DNA from: Escherichia phage CMSTMSU
Length of the DNA stretch: 64,000 nt
Reading direction: 5' to 3' (one strand)
Sequence record: MH494197.1
Each line of letters opens with the position of its first letter. The stretch's first letter is position 1. Below the pieces are notes generated by a model. That model ran no database searches. It saw nothing but the letters and a program-made list of their open reading frames with translations, and had not been told where the DNA came from. Of the stretch, positions 34,519 to 44,991 are shown one piece after another. The translations under genes were made by a program, and so were the position numbers.

Positions 34519-34854
34519 CTATCCTCTTAGTTTAATAGTACTGGCTGGGTAATCTACCATAGTACTATCTGGTAATCCTATACAGTAATAAGGAAAATAT
34601 CCCATCATATTAATACCAATTAACATTCCTGTTTTATATGAAGTATTAATTTCATAGTGGTCGTCTATATCAACCGCCAGTCCATATAAGGATATGTTAC
34701 AATCCTTGATGTATCGTTCAAAGATTTTATACATTGATGGGTATACAGTTCCATTGGATTCTCTCACTACATCAGCCAACAACTTTATAGTACTGTTAAT
34801 CAAATCTATACTAATCATCTTTGTACTGAAAAGACCAGCAAACGCTGGCCTCAA
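34519..34854 (-). CDS. hypothetical protein
   Basis: 111 aa ORF. Confidence 0.35.
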   Translation of the reverse strand: MRPAFAGLFSTKMISIDLINSTIKLLADVVRESNGTVYPSMYKIFERYIKDCNISLYGLAVDIDDHYEINTSYKTGMLIGINMMGYFPYYCIGLPDSTMVDYPASTIKLRG

Positions 34855-34857
34855 AAT

Positions 34858-35139
34858 TTAAATTATTTCATATAGACAATATACACCATCAACGCCATCA
34901 CAAGGAAAATCAACATAGAAATTCACACTAACAGTATCATAATCAATCTCAGTGATGCGTCCGGTTTTACCTACACTCTTCACGAATAGGTCAGAGCCAA
35001 GATATACAAACTCAAACTCATCTGCATACTCTTTTATAATATCAGCAAAATCACAACCATATCTGGGATCAGTATTAATAATCTCAAGATATAATGTAAT
35101 GTATTGTTCGTATGACCATGTGTGTAGGTAAAAATCCAT
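34858..35139 (-). CDS. hypothetical acidic protein
   Basis: 93 aa ORF. Confidence 0.35.
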   Translation of the reverse strand: MDFYLHTWSYEQYITLYLEIINTDPRYGCDFADIIKEYADEFEFVYLGSDLFVKSVGKTGRITEIDYDTVSVNFYVDFPCDGVDGVYCLYEII

Positions 35140-35148
35140 AACAGTTCC

Positions 35149-35886
35149 TTAGAAATATACCATACCCATCAATTCTGAATCTTCAGGGCGAGTATAGCCT
35201 TGTTTCTTAACTTTAAAGTAGAAGGATTCATTGTCTTCTAAATTATAACGTTTCTTCAAGCAACGGGTATATGTCTGGCAATTAGGATGAACCCATTCAT
35301 ATATATGAACACCATCTTCATTATAACCATTTATACTACAACGGTTGCCTTCATGTTTCTTGTAGTTCTTGCTTTTCTCGGTAAATTCTTTTACAGCAGT
35401 AGTACTTGGTGATTTATATTCAAAAGGAACTTCAGTCATACGGAAATAATAATATTGATCGTCTTCATCATATCCCAAGAGCACTGTGTTAGTTTCACGT
35501 ACATTGTAATGATTCTTACTTTTCAATTCATTTTCATATATATCTTGAAGTACTTCTTCAAATACTGTAGTACTGTCAGCATTTGGGTTGGATACACCTG
35601 ATACTCTTCGTTCAATAATAAAATCAGTATATTTGCGGTCTTCTGCAATGTCTTCATTCATATAAAGACTAACGAACTTATCCTTGTACGTCTTTACACT
35701 GTATTGTTTACTTTGAACTTCGCTATATACATCTGCTAACATATTCTCCTGACCGCACTGCACACCACTTACAGAATAAGCACATGCATGTTCAGCCATT
35801 ACTGATGTTAACATTTGAAAATTTGCCATGTTTAATTCATTCGCCATCTCTGTAGCGAAACGGATACGGTCAAGCACTTTACACAC
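35149..35886 (-). CDS. hypothetical protein
   Basis: intact 245 aa ORF. Confidence 0.4.
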   Translation of the reverse strand: MCKVLDRIRFATEMANELNMANFQMLTSVMAEHACAYSVSGVQCGQENMLADVYSEVQSKQYSVKTYKDKFVSLYMNEDIAEDRKYTDFIIERRVSGVSNPNADSTTVFEEVLQDIYENELKSKNHYNVRETNTVLLGYDEDDQYYYFRMTEVPFEYKSPSTTAVKEFTEKSKNYKKHEGNRCSINGYNEDGVHIYEWVHPNCQTYTRCLKKRYNLEDNESFYFKVKKQGYTRPEDSELMGMVYF

Positions 35887-35935
35887 TCCTTGTGTTAGTT
35901 ATTGTTCCTCATCCAATATTATATCACTACTTGAG

Positions 35936-36238
35936 CTATTGTCCCGCTTTGTAACAATAAAGATTCTCAAATTTAAAGTTTTCTATATCACATTCCGAAC
36001 GAACTCGATTCTTGTTCCAGAACAAAATGCGAATCCTTTCATAGTCACGATAAACATTAATAATACTTTTGTGTTTAGATTTGTAGTACTGCTGTATAAC
36101 CTGAAGAGTTATATCCCTCAACTTGGACTTAATTGGGTAAGACATATCATTACTAGTTGTTATGGTATAAACCATCTTCATCGTTTCAGCAACAAGTACT
36201 TCATTCGATTTATTTGCCATTAAAATCCTTACAAACAC
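35936..36238 (-). CDS. hypothetical protein
   Basis: 100 aa ORF. Confidence 0.3.
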   Translation of the reverse strand: MFVRILMANKSNEVLVAETMKMVYTITTSNDMSYPIKSKLRDITLQVIQQYYKSKHKSIINVYRDYERIRILFWNKNRVRSECDIENFKFENLYCYKAGQ

Positions 36239-36663
36239 TATGTAAAGTAAATCCTAAACCTACACCTACGAATGGGAATAGTAAATTAATGTACCAGACA
36301 TTCATTGTCGAAAGGAAACAAATCCCACTTACTGTCAGTACTGCTAGTGAGAAAAGACTCCAGATAAAAATAATGCTCTCATAAAAATGTTACCTCGTTA
36401 GATGAGTAGTTACGATATATTTGTGAATTATGTTCCACACCATGAATTGTTATATGCCCGTTGTAGAAAAAAGTAATATCTACAACTTTGAGTTCTTTAC
36501 GTTTTTAGTACTGAAATATCTACCCACTAACGCAGCATATATATAATCCCTGTACTCTTGAGTAATGAATTTATACATATTATGATTTGCACTACACTTT
36601 TCATCATAAGTATTAGTATATTCTTTCATCAATAACGCATATGTTTTTGTATCAATATAATAT

Positions 36664-36930
36664 TCATCTATAGTTTAATATTGAAATGGGTAGACTATAT
36701 ATATGTACGTAAAGTTTATCAACTCTTTCCATATTCACTTTTAAAGTACTTCCAAGACGACTGATGCTATCTATACGATAAAGCACGTCATTCAGCATCA
36801 TTACGGTATCGGTGTAATCTTCACTAAGAGATTCAATGTAGATATCTTCAAGTTTCACATCCATGCGTGGGATATCTAAATCCCTCAATAAACGCAGTGT
36901 TTGCACGATCAGTTCAGCTTTAGTCATGGA
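36664..36930 (-). CDS. hypothetical protein
   Basis: 88 aa from internal ATG of ORF 36664-37050; start overlaps stop of upstream gene (ATGACTAA). Confidence 0.35.
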   Translation of the reverse strand, partial: SMTKAELIVQTLRLLRDLDIPRMDVKLEDIYIESLSEDYTDTVMMLNDVLYRIDSISRLGSTLKVNMERVDKLYVHIYSLPISILNYR

Positions 36931-37120
36931 TACGCTCACAATTAAGGCAATAAATGCACTCAATGTCAGGTCGCCATGATTTATCGAAATCTTTGTGCTG
37001 TTCTTCAGTGTATTCCGAATCATCATTGATGGGAAAGAAATCACCAGCACCAGTGGCCCAGTCTGAATCTAAACGGAAACGAGCTAATTGAGTACTGTTG
37101 CAATATGGACATTTATTCAA
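36920..37120 (-). CDS. small zinc-ribbon protein
   Basis: 66 aa, CPYC ... CIYCLNC. Confidence 0.4.
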   Translation of the reverse strand: MNKCPYCNSTQLARFRLDSDWATGAGDFFPINDDSEYTEEQHKDFDKSWRPDIECIYCLNCERIHD

Positions 37121-37358
37121 AATTTATTCCTTCTAACTGATATACGTTTAATGAAAATGACCCACTATTATTATCGCATCTGAAACACAGTGTTAAAGAA
37201 CCATTAAAACTAACAACATCAGTACATATACATTTTTCACCATTGGATATGATAGATTTTCCTATATATAAATCTCTTACTATAGTACGGTAATGTTGCC
37301 ATAAAAATAATACACACTTTCATAGTACTCATCTTTTACATATGACAAGTATAAGAAT

Positions 37359-37568
37359 TTATAAAATACTTGTATTTCCTTTAAGTTGTTTTTCATTCTC
37401 CAACTCCAGTAAATTTACACCAATCCAATCAACATCACTATCAGTACTTAATTCCAATCGTAGCTTACCGCTATGACTAACAATATCGCGGAATTTGTAT
37501 ATTTTATTATCACGAACTATACACAAATCATGGTAATATTCATGTAATTCATCCAAAACTTTATCCAT
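37359..37568 (-). CDS. small hypothetical protein, member of small tandem paralog set
   Basis: 69 aa; neighbouring small genes share MN(Y/L)(K/N)(D/H)(I/F)QFTYK N-termini. Confidence 0.3.
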   Translation of the reverse strand: MDKVLDELHEYYHDLCIVRDNKIYKFRDIVSHSGKLRLELSTDSDVDWIGVNLLELENEKQLKGNTSIL

Positions 37569-37982
37569 ACCGAACGATAGATTTCACCGTAGAGATATTC
37601 TCCAGCATCAACCGTAGCGTATTGGATATACAAAAATTTGTATGTGAATTGTATATCATTAAGATTCATATGTCAATCCTTATAGGTCTGTCAACTTCAA
37701 AACTTTGATCTCCATAAATTCCTATCAGTTTTTCAAGAAATTCAACATGGATAATACCTTGATAAGATTTGACACCTGAGTATTCGAATATATCATCGCC
37801 ATCAGTGTAAGTACTGTAATTCTTTTTATATATTCAGCAATAGAATCTAAGTAATCATAGTAATTATTAATAAATGGTGATTCTTTTGATTCGACATGTT
37901 CACCAATCTTCCCACTAAAAGATACATGTCATACAAACCATATATATTTTATACGTGAATTGAACATCATTCAAATTTAATT

Positions 37983-38243
37983 TCAAGGGAATATCTCCAG
38001 AGGAACACTCGTAAATCCAAAATCAGTGTAGAACTGTACCTCTACTTTACCATCGAGCTTAATGATTATATCTGAAAATTCTGCATGATCGTTGTTGATC
38101 ATTACAGTACTGAATTTTTCTTTAATCCTCTCACGCACAATATTAATCATTTCAATACATGTATCTTCTAAAAATATACTATTATTTTTATTTGCTAGGT
38201 CACGAATGCACTTGAATGTTAATTGGAAATCTTTATAATTCAT
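37983..38243 (-). CDS. small hypothetical protein (MNYKDFQLTFK family)
   Basis: 86 aa, N-terminus MNYKDFQLTFK. Confidence 0.35.
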   Translation of the reverse strand: MNYKDFQLTFKCIRDLANKNNSIFLEDTCIEMINIVRERIKEKFSTVMINNDHAEFSDIIIKLDGKVEVQFYTDFGFTSVPLEIFP

Positions 38244-38321
38244 ATATTCACCAAATCAACAGAGAATAAGTCGTTATCAAATTTATATGAAAGTACTAAT
38301 CTACCACCAAAACTATCGACT

Positions 38322-38507
38322 CTAAGTATCTTTCGTTTTTCCATTAATGAAAATTTCAGTATCAACAAAATACTCACGTAATTCTTCTAGGTAATTTGAC
38401 CATAATTTATGAGTAAACGCATTTTTATTAATTGTATTAGTACTTCTATTATTGTGGTGTAATTTAAATAATTCCATATAAGTGAATTGTATATGTTTGT
38501 AATTCAT
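38322..38507 (-). CDS. small hypothetical protein (MNYKHIQFTYM family)
   Basis: 61 aa, N-terminus MNYKHIQFTYM. Confidence 0.35.
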   Translation of the reverse strand: MNYKHIQFTYMELFKLHHNNRSTNTINKNAFTHKLWSNYLEELREYFVDTEIFINGKTKDT

Positions 38508-38549
38508 ATTTCTTACAAAAAGCCCGAACTTATGTCGGGCTATATGTAT

Positions 38550-39341
38550 TATTCATCGTCATCATCGTCGTCGAGATCAGGTAAATGTCACTATCACCAT
38601 CATCGAAGTACTCAACCACTACACGGAATGTTCAGTGCTGTGAACATCGCATCATATTTTTCATCAGATGGGATAAGAACAAACTCATCAATGCTTTGAA
38701 TTTCAGGCATACGATCTTCAGGAATACCCATTTGCAACAAGGATTGGATGATTTTTCTTTGTATTCTTGGAACTTCTCTTCTGATTCAAAATCCATAATA
38801 AGTTGTGCTACATAACCATCTTCGTTACCAAATGCGATTGACATTTGTGCATCAGTACCGACATATGACCATGTACGCTTGCCAGTATTTTTCTCAATGA
38901 AGTTCTGAATTTCAAGAACGATTTCATGACGAGAACTATTGGCAATGTTGTTAAGGTTAGCAACACCAGCAATAATTTCTGAACTGTCATTGATTCTTCG
39001 AATGTGCCATAGTCACCTAATACATATTGAACACCATCACAATGTAATGCATATGCATAATCCAAATCAGCAAGTGAATCACACTTACCACGGATTGGGC
39101 GTAGGGAAAGCCCTAGGCGAAGATAACGAAAGTATGTATTAGTATTTGTATTTGTCAACGTAATGCTCCTTAACAATATAAAAGTAGTTGCTGTTGTTGT
39201 CAAAAAGATGACTAATCCTTTGTAGACATTTACACCAATCTTGATTTGGCATATTTTATTCGATTTACAAGCCTCAGTCAATAACATTTTGTGCTCTTTA
39301 CTGAAAGTGTGGAAGAGTGGTTTTACATGCCACATCTCCAC
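38550..39341 (-). CDS. hypothetical protein(s) with possible poly-Asp C-terminus (frameshift-fragmented)
   Basis: ORFs 38808-39341 and 38632-38844; one frame ends DLDDDDDDE just before a hairpin at 38521-38541; frame assignment uncertain. Confidence 0.25.
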
Positions 39342-39401
39342 ACCATCTAGTACTGGAAATGTTCACTGAATTTGATCATTGATTCTTGCAAAAATAACCT
39401 G

Positions 39402-39707
39402 TTAGATTCGAATCATCAGACATGTAAGTTCGCCGAAGTCAATTACTTCGTCATGTGTTAACTTATCACTACGCTCTAGAACATTGATGATGAATGGTGT
39501 TTGACTATATAATTCAGCCAGAAACGCAACTTCATCAGATGTATAAGAATATCCCATAGGAACAACTTGTGCAGTCCAGTTTCCTAAAGTTTTGTTTGCA
39601 ATGATTGCAACCACCGTATTACCTTTGAATTCAACATGGATTGAACGGAAACCCGAATCCTCATTCTGATCCCAAAGTACTGGGTTAGTTTTAAACAGTA
39701 CTGACAT
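39402..39707 (-). CDS. hypothetical protein
   Basis: 101 aa ORF; ATG 2 nt after the stop of the upstream nucleotidyltransferase gene. Confidence 0.35.
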   Translation of the reverse strand: MSVLFKTNPVLWDQNEDSGFRSIHVEFKGNTVVAIIANKTLGNWTAQVVPMGYSYTSDEVAFLAELYSQTPFIINVLERSDKLTHDEVIDFGELTCLMIRI

Positions 39708-39709
39708 AG

Positions 39710-40238
39710 TTATTTCCTCATGTATTTTATTACATCTTCAAATAGTTTAGTTTTCAGTGCATCATCATTACGTAGAAAAGTACTGAAGCTATTAAAATCT
39801 TCATTCTTGGCAAACTCACGCATCTGTGTGGAACTGTAGCGACTTACATTTCGGTCAATTCCAGCTTGAACTGCCTTGATTGAACAAAAATTATATAACT
39901 TCCCATTGTACGTGTCAAGCGTTTTTGGAATGGTTCAAGTCTGTCTGAACCACATATGAAAAGAACATCTAAGTACTTTCCATCCAGTTCTCTCATTATA
40001 TCAAACAGATTATCTTCTGTATAGATATTTTCTTGTACAGATGGGTAAAATCCTTCTGTATAGTACATTTTCAGTTCAGGAGGTAATGGGTTTTGATGGC
40101 ATCAGTACTGGTACTAAGGAATATTTTCAAATCAGCATTGTACTGTTCTTGTAGTGCTTGAGCTTTTTCAAACACTAAACCATGACCTCGATGTACAGGG
40201 TTAATTCTTCCGAATGTCACTACGCATGTTTCTTTCAT
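39710..40238 (-). CDS. NadM-type nicotinamide-nucleotide adenylyltransferase-like protein (frameshift-fragmented)
   Basis: manual translation MKETCVVTFGRINPVHRGHGL (GRxxPxHxGH signature) and C-terminal SRYSSTQMR (ISxTxxR-like); includes ORF 39844-40068. Confidence 0.55.
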
Positions 40239-40311
40239 ATGTTCTTCATCACCTGACCAATAGATTTAAGATGGTTGATTTTAGCTGGAGTCAAATACTT
40301 ATCCAGTACTA

Positions 40312-40760
40312 TTAAACAACTAGGGAATGGAGCACTGTCAGTCTTTTATCTGGTTCTTCAGGGATACCGAACTTTAAGCGACCTTTTATAAAACAAATAC
40401 AATCACAAACTTTCGCAGCATAATCCTGAAAGGCTATAGTATCAGTTCTTGATGGTACGAGAATCAGTACTGTAGCACCTTTGTTATATGCATCAACTGC
40501 CTTAGATAACCACGTTTTCAAATCACTGTACGGTGGGTTGAGCCACACGATATTGTTTCCCAGTCCTGTTCAAGTGAATTGTCTTCTGGTGTAAAGAACT
40601 TATCACACAATGCAGTTTCTTTGACACACGCTGCATCTAGTGTAAATTCCCAGAGTTCATCCAAATCTTCAAAGAAATCCTTTGGAGTAGTCCAGTTATC
40701 TTTTCCAGTACTGAAATGTACTGATTGTTTTTCTTCGAAGCATCCTTCTTCGACATACAT
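40312..40760 (-). CDS. Dam-like DNA N6-adenine methyltransferase (frameshift-fragmented)
   Basis: WTTPKDFFEDL, FTLDAAC, CDKFFT and NPPY (motif IV) arranged as in small phage Dam MTases; ORFs 40518-40760 and 40312-40548. Confidence 0.65.
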
Positions 40761-40772
40761 AATTTCCTTTGA

Positions 40773-41174
40773 TTATAGACAGTTAAGTACTATGTCATCA
40801 AAAGTACTACTGTCAATGTTGTATTCATATAAAAATTTAAAATGTGATCCATAACGCATCATCAGATTAAACTCTTCTTCAGTATTAAATTTGTAATCAT
40901 GAAGAGTTTCAAGGGTACATGTTAAACCTAAAAACTCAATAATTTCTGATGTTACATCATTTCCTGAATTGAAGTATTTAACCCAAACACATTTTCCTTG
41001 TGGGTTGAATTTTCTATATTCTCCTTCTAGTTCTCCATTGACGATATGTGCTTTCGCACTGATTAGATTATTACTATAACGCTCTTCGTAGTAGTTCCCA
41101 TAACGAGCTTTAAGAATTGTAGGCTTCTTGGTTGGGAATAACTTAATGGAAGTTAATTCAAAACCGCACTGCAA
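40773..41174 (-). CDS. hypothetical protein
   Basis: 133 aa ORF. Confidence 0.35.
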   Translation of the reverse strand: MQCGFELTSIKLFPTKKPTILKARYGNYYEERYSNNLISAKAHIVNGELEGEYRKFNPQGKCVWVKYFNSGNDVTSEIIEFLGLTCTLETLHDYKFNTEEEFNLMMRYGSHFKFLYEYNIDSSTFDDIVLNCL

Positions 41175-41421
41175 CTCTTTGATGTACGAAATACATCCTT
41201 TTCTTTAATCACAACAAAACCAGTAAAATTCTCGGTCTTGTTTCTGATTTTCTGAATCAACAAATTCTAGTGTTTTATAAGTGACGCTTTTAGATTTTTA
41301 ATAAATGACATCATTATTCCTATGGAAACATCAATGACTGTACATGGCGTTGACTTCATCAACACCAGTCGAATTATACACGCTTCGCATGTCTAATTCA
41401 ACGAAAGTACTATGATTTGTT

Positions 41422-41661
41422 TTAATTAATATTGACGGGTTTGCTTGAGCATATTTCATCCCCAGAAAGAACAAAAAGTTTGACGCTGGTGGCCTTCACA
41501 TAGTTCATATCACGAATTCTCTTACGAGGCGAAAGCGGGTTGCTCTGTTTCTCTCTATCGCGGTTCTTGTAGCAACGGTCGTCGGTCTTAAACATCCCGA
41601 CACATAATACAAATACCATATGACCAGTACTTGTATTTGATTTCACGAATTTTGGACGCAA
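41422..41661 (-). CDS. hypothetical basic protein
   Basis: 79 aa ORF; an upstream ATG with RBS TAAGGAG at about 41699 is in another frame. Confidence 0.3.
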   Translation of the reverse strand: MRPKFVKSNTSTGHMVFVLCVGMFKTDDRCYKNRDREKQSNPLSPRKRIRDMNYVKATSVKLFVLSGDEICSSKPVNIN

Positions 41662-41920
41662 CTATTTTGTATAAATTACGACCGCAAATTTCTCATGAAA
41701 TCTCCTTAGATAATTGGTAAGGTGCGATCCTTATATGTCTATCGAGGAACTCTCTTTATCCTATTGGAGTTCTTTATACAGCCGCATTGCCGTGAGTGGT
41801 TCAAACTATGCCATCATCTAACGGGTTTCATTTGCTGTTCGTACTGAAAGGACTACTCATCTACCCTCTACTTTTCGAGTGGATTAGGCTTTAATCATTT
41901 CCATATGGAACCTTTCAGGA

Positions 41921-41953
41921 TTAAAAAAGGCGACAACATATTCTGCTGTCACC
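41921..41953 (-). terminator. rho-independent terminator
   Basis: minus-strand RNA GGUGACAGC-agaauau-GUUGUCGCC followed by UUUUUU. Confidence 0.55.
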
Positions 41954-42038
41954 TTACATTATATCATAAACTTATGGTATGTCTCAGTTGTATTCTGTTT
42001 TTCAGTGAAATTAGTTAAGATATCTGCACTTAAGCTTC

Positions 42039-42830
42039 TCATAACCTCAATCTTACTTGGCATGAACCTGTGCTTGTTTTTACATACAACTCATCATCTT
42101 CAATGAAAGATGTGAACATGAATACCATATCTTCACGTGGAATTGAGAGAATATTACAGTTTTCATTTTCAGCAACAGGGGAATCATTGTAGTACTTAGA
42201 GAATGCAGTACTTTGACGACCGATTATGATAGAATTTCGGATTAGAAAATTACTACAGTACTGAAAATCTTTGTAGTACTTGTCAAGGATATATGGCATT
42301 ATCGCTTCTTTCACTTCTTCATATCCATTTGAACTATCAATTGCAGTACAATAATCTTCTCGGTCTTTATTCCCTCGATGATTATCAAACTCGTACTCAA
42401 AGAATAAATTTTCATTTAATGAATTATTTGAACCAACTGATCCACTATAGTATGATTTTCTATCATTCATTCGATCATCGGGGCATGATGCATACATAGA
42501 AATGTCATGTGTTGACGTACCGATATAAATTTTCTTAGTAATGTGATTGTACGCGATGTAATCATAATCTTGTACTCCAGTGAGCATTAACTGGAACATC
42601 AATTCATCAGGAACATCAATTAACGGGTACTCAAACTTCGAATATCTACTACGACAGAAATTCTTTTCAAATGCTCGATATGCGATGAAATCTTTTAGGT
42701 TTGTAATAGATTCATGCTCATGTGTATTACTTGTGCGTACATTGACATTAGTAGACGAGCAATACCCTTCAGATTCTTCTGCGTAGTCATAATAACCCTT
42801 ACTGTAGTCAACGATTAGATAAAGTTTCAT
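42039..42830 (-). CDS. hypothetical protein
   Basis: intact 263 aa ORF; contains DELMFQLML segment. Confidence 0.45.
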   Translation of the reverse strand: MKLYLIVDYSKGYYDYAEESEGYCSSTNVNVRTSNTHEHESITNLKDFIAYRAFEKNFCRSRYSKFEYPLIDVPDELMFQLMLTGVQDYDYIAYNHITKKIYIGTSTHDISMYASCPDDRMNDRKSYYSGSVGSNNSLNENLFFEYEFDNHRGNKDREDYCTAIDSSNGYEEVKEAIMPYILDKYYKDFQYCSNFLIRNSIIIGRQSTAFSKYYNDSPVAENENCNILSIPREDMVFMFTSFIEDDELYVKTSTGSCQVRLRL

Positions 42831-42841
42831 ATATCTCCAGA

Positions 42842-42878
42842 CAAAAAGGACGAGATATTATATCCCGTCCTTTGGTTT
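42842..42878. terminator. terminator-like hairpin
   Basis: AGGACG - 13 nt loop - CGTCCT flanked by A-run and T-rich tract. Confidence 0.4.
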
Positions 42879-42938
42879 ATTAGTGGCTTGCCCAGCAGTA
42901 AACAGGACGTAGATTTTCCATTGGGTTTACTTCAGGCT

Positions 42939-43184
42939 TCAGTACTGTAACACGAACTTCATACGGAGTACCATCTGCATGATGGAACGTTTCGTAATGA
43001 ATACTCTCAATGAAGGTTTCATATTCTTCTTGAGAACGTGAACGAACTGATGGGGAATATTTCTTTTGGTATCTGATTTTAGTGTAACACTTACTAGTTC
43101 TGATTCTTCACCATTTTCAAGTTTATTGAAATCGAACTCTGGTACACCTTCAAACATATCAAATTTCATTCCGTTGTCTTCCAT
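42939..43184 (-). CDS. hypothetical protein
   Basis: 81 aa ORF, C-terminus probably extended by frameshift. Confidence 0.3.
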   Translation of the reverse strand: MEDNGMKFDMFEGVPEFDFNKLENGEESELVSVTLKSDTKRNIPHQFVHVLKKNMKPSLRVFITKRSIMQMVLRMKFVLQY

Positions 43185-43233
43185 TTTAAATTCCTTTTAT
43201 ATAATGTTAGTTAGATAGTTTTAATAAATCAGA

Positions 43234-43572
43234 TTAGATTACGTCATACGGTAGAGTACCGTGACGGAATTTATCAAGTTGTGCAAGAACTTCTTTACGT
43301 TCGACAATCTCTGGCACATCTTCTTGCAGTTGGTCACATACTTCAACGATGAAATCCCAATCGCTCTCACAACTCACACGTACTGCTTCAATTGTTTTCC
43401 AATCAGCACTAATTTCACCTTCAGGATTTACATACGAAGGCCATACCTTTCCATAGTCTTGTACTGATTTGTCGTTAAGAACACGAATAGCATTGAAAAT
43501 CTGTCCAGTACTGAAGTGTTTAGTATTCTTCATGTCTTCTAAGCAACATAGCTTAGGTTCACCCGACTTCAA
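43234..43572 (-). CDS. hypothetical protein
   Basis: 112 aa ORF. Confidence 0.35.
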   Translation of the reverse strand: MKSGEPKLCCLEDMKNTKHFSTGQIFNAIRVLNDKSVQDYGKVWPSYVNPEGEISADWKTIEAVRVSCESDWDFIVEVCDQLQEDVPEIVERKEVLAQLDKFRHGTLPYDVI

Positions 43573-43687
43573 TCAGAAGTACACCACCAATAGCTTTTAG
43601 AACAGAACTTGTATTCATCTATATCTCCATTTATCAAAAAGATGTGAACATTATATCACAAGGAATTGTCATGTCCACAATATTTTA

Positions 43688-43978
43688 TCAAATAGTCAAA
43701 CTTTCGTGCCAGTTATTGAAATCGTTAATAGCCAGCATAAACATATTCTCATCATTAAATTCTAGAATATGTTCATTGTATAAGTAGCTAATGTACTTAT
43801 TACTACAGTGTTTGCTATTCATAATTAGCATTTCAACTGCACGTTCATACGAACATGGGCTGAGATACAATTTTGTTCCATCAGGATGCTCAATCTCCAC
43901 TGCACGTGGAATAAAACGTTCACCAGTATAAGGGATATACGGCTCTGTTTTGAAAATAAGTTTGAATTTAGTATCCAT
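43688..43978 (-). CDS. hypothetical protein
   Basis: 96 aa ORF. Confidence 0.35.
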   Translation of the reverse strand: MDTKFKLIFKTEPYIPYTGERFIPRAVEIEHPDGTKLYLSPCSYERAVEMLIMNSKHCSNKYISYLYNEHILEFNDENMFMLAINDFNNWHESLTI

Positions 43979-44048
43979 ACCAAATCCTCCATAATTACAT
44001 TGTTTCTTTTATGTTGCGTAACATAGTATTAACTATGTTCATCTTCCC

Positions 44049-44756
44049 CTAACTTGAAGTAATATTCCAATTTATTAATAATATTACTTTTAATATCTCA
44101 AATATTTGATATTCATTTGTTTCGAAACTAAGTTCGAATTGGAAAGTATATAAATTGTTGAATAGATGTACCAACGATGCATCAGGTGATTCCATTGTAA
44201 ATGTGTAGTTGGCACGATAACCAGTACTAATCACCACTTCCGATGATTCACCTTTCATGGATATGTCAATATTATACATCATTGGGCGACCAGTTGCAAT
44301 ATCTTTCATTCGGAAGAATGCAGTACTGCGATACACAACACCATCTTCGGTAACCTTTTCTTGTATAGTGATATTTGAAACTTCACTCTCTTTGAATTTG
44401 GATTCGAATGAATGAATACGATTTGATTTTTCATCATCCGTATACATAGTGCATGTATATTTTCCAAAATCATCTCTAGATGTATATGATTTATCGCTGG
44501 CGGTTTTATAAAACGAAACCCCATTGATGTGTTCTTCTTTGTACATCATTGTGTCATTGGATTTGTAGTATGAACAATTAGGTGTTGAAAGAGATTCAAA
44601 ATTGTTCACATCATGACAGTAAGAAATAGAAGAATCGCTATACAGTACTACATCACGAATTGCAACTTCTTTTGAAGTACCTTTTGACAGAAATTTGAAA
44701 GTCATTGCATGGGAAGATTCTATATCCATCGTATGTATCTGATGTACTGATACCAA
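44049..44756 (-). CDS. hypothetical protein
   Basis: intact 235 aa ORF. Confidence 0.4.
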   Translation of the reverse strand: MVSVHQIHTMDIESSHAMTFKFLSKGTSKEVAIRDVVLYSDSSISYCHDVNNFESLSTPNCSYYKSNDTMMYKEEHINGVSFYKTASDKSYTSRDDFGKYTCTMYTDDEKSNRIHSFESKFKESEVSNITIQEKVTEDGVVYRSTAFFRMKDIATGRPMMYNIDISMKGESSEVVISTGYRANYTFTMESPDASLVHLFNNLYTFQFELSFETNEYQIFEILKVILLINWNITSS

Positions 44757-44991
44757 ATGGTGTTGGGGAATTCAGAAATTCGTTGATATGTTCAAGTACT
44801 GAATACTTTTGAAATTACGAAAATCTGTTGTATCCATAGTAATACAATCTCCTAAATTTCGGACAAAATTAGTCGAGAATAAATCTCGACTTGTGTTTTA
44901 CTTTACCATTCTTCATTGCTTTTTACGGTCCACATGTGTTTGAGGTTTATTAAACTCATTCATATGCTTTTGTACAAAGTTGTTTACATTT

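Noticed and set aside
41700-41920. tRNA gene in the noncoding stretch (GGTTCAAAC resembles a T-loop)
   Set aside because: No complementary T-stem, D-arm or acceptor stem could be built around it; it is kept only as a candidate structured leader.
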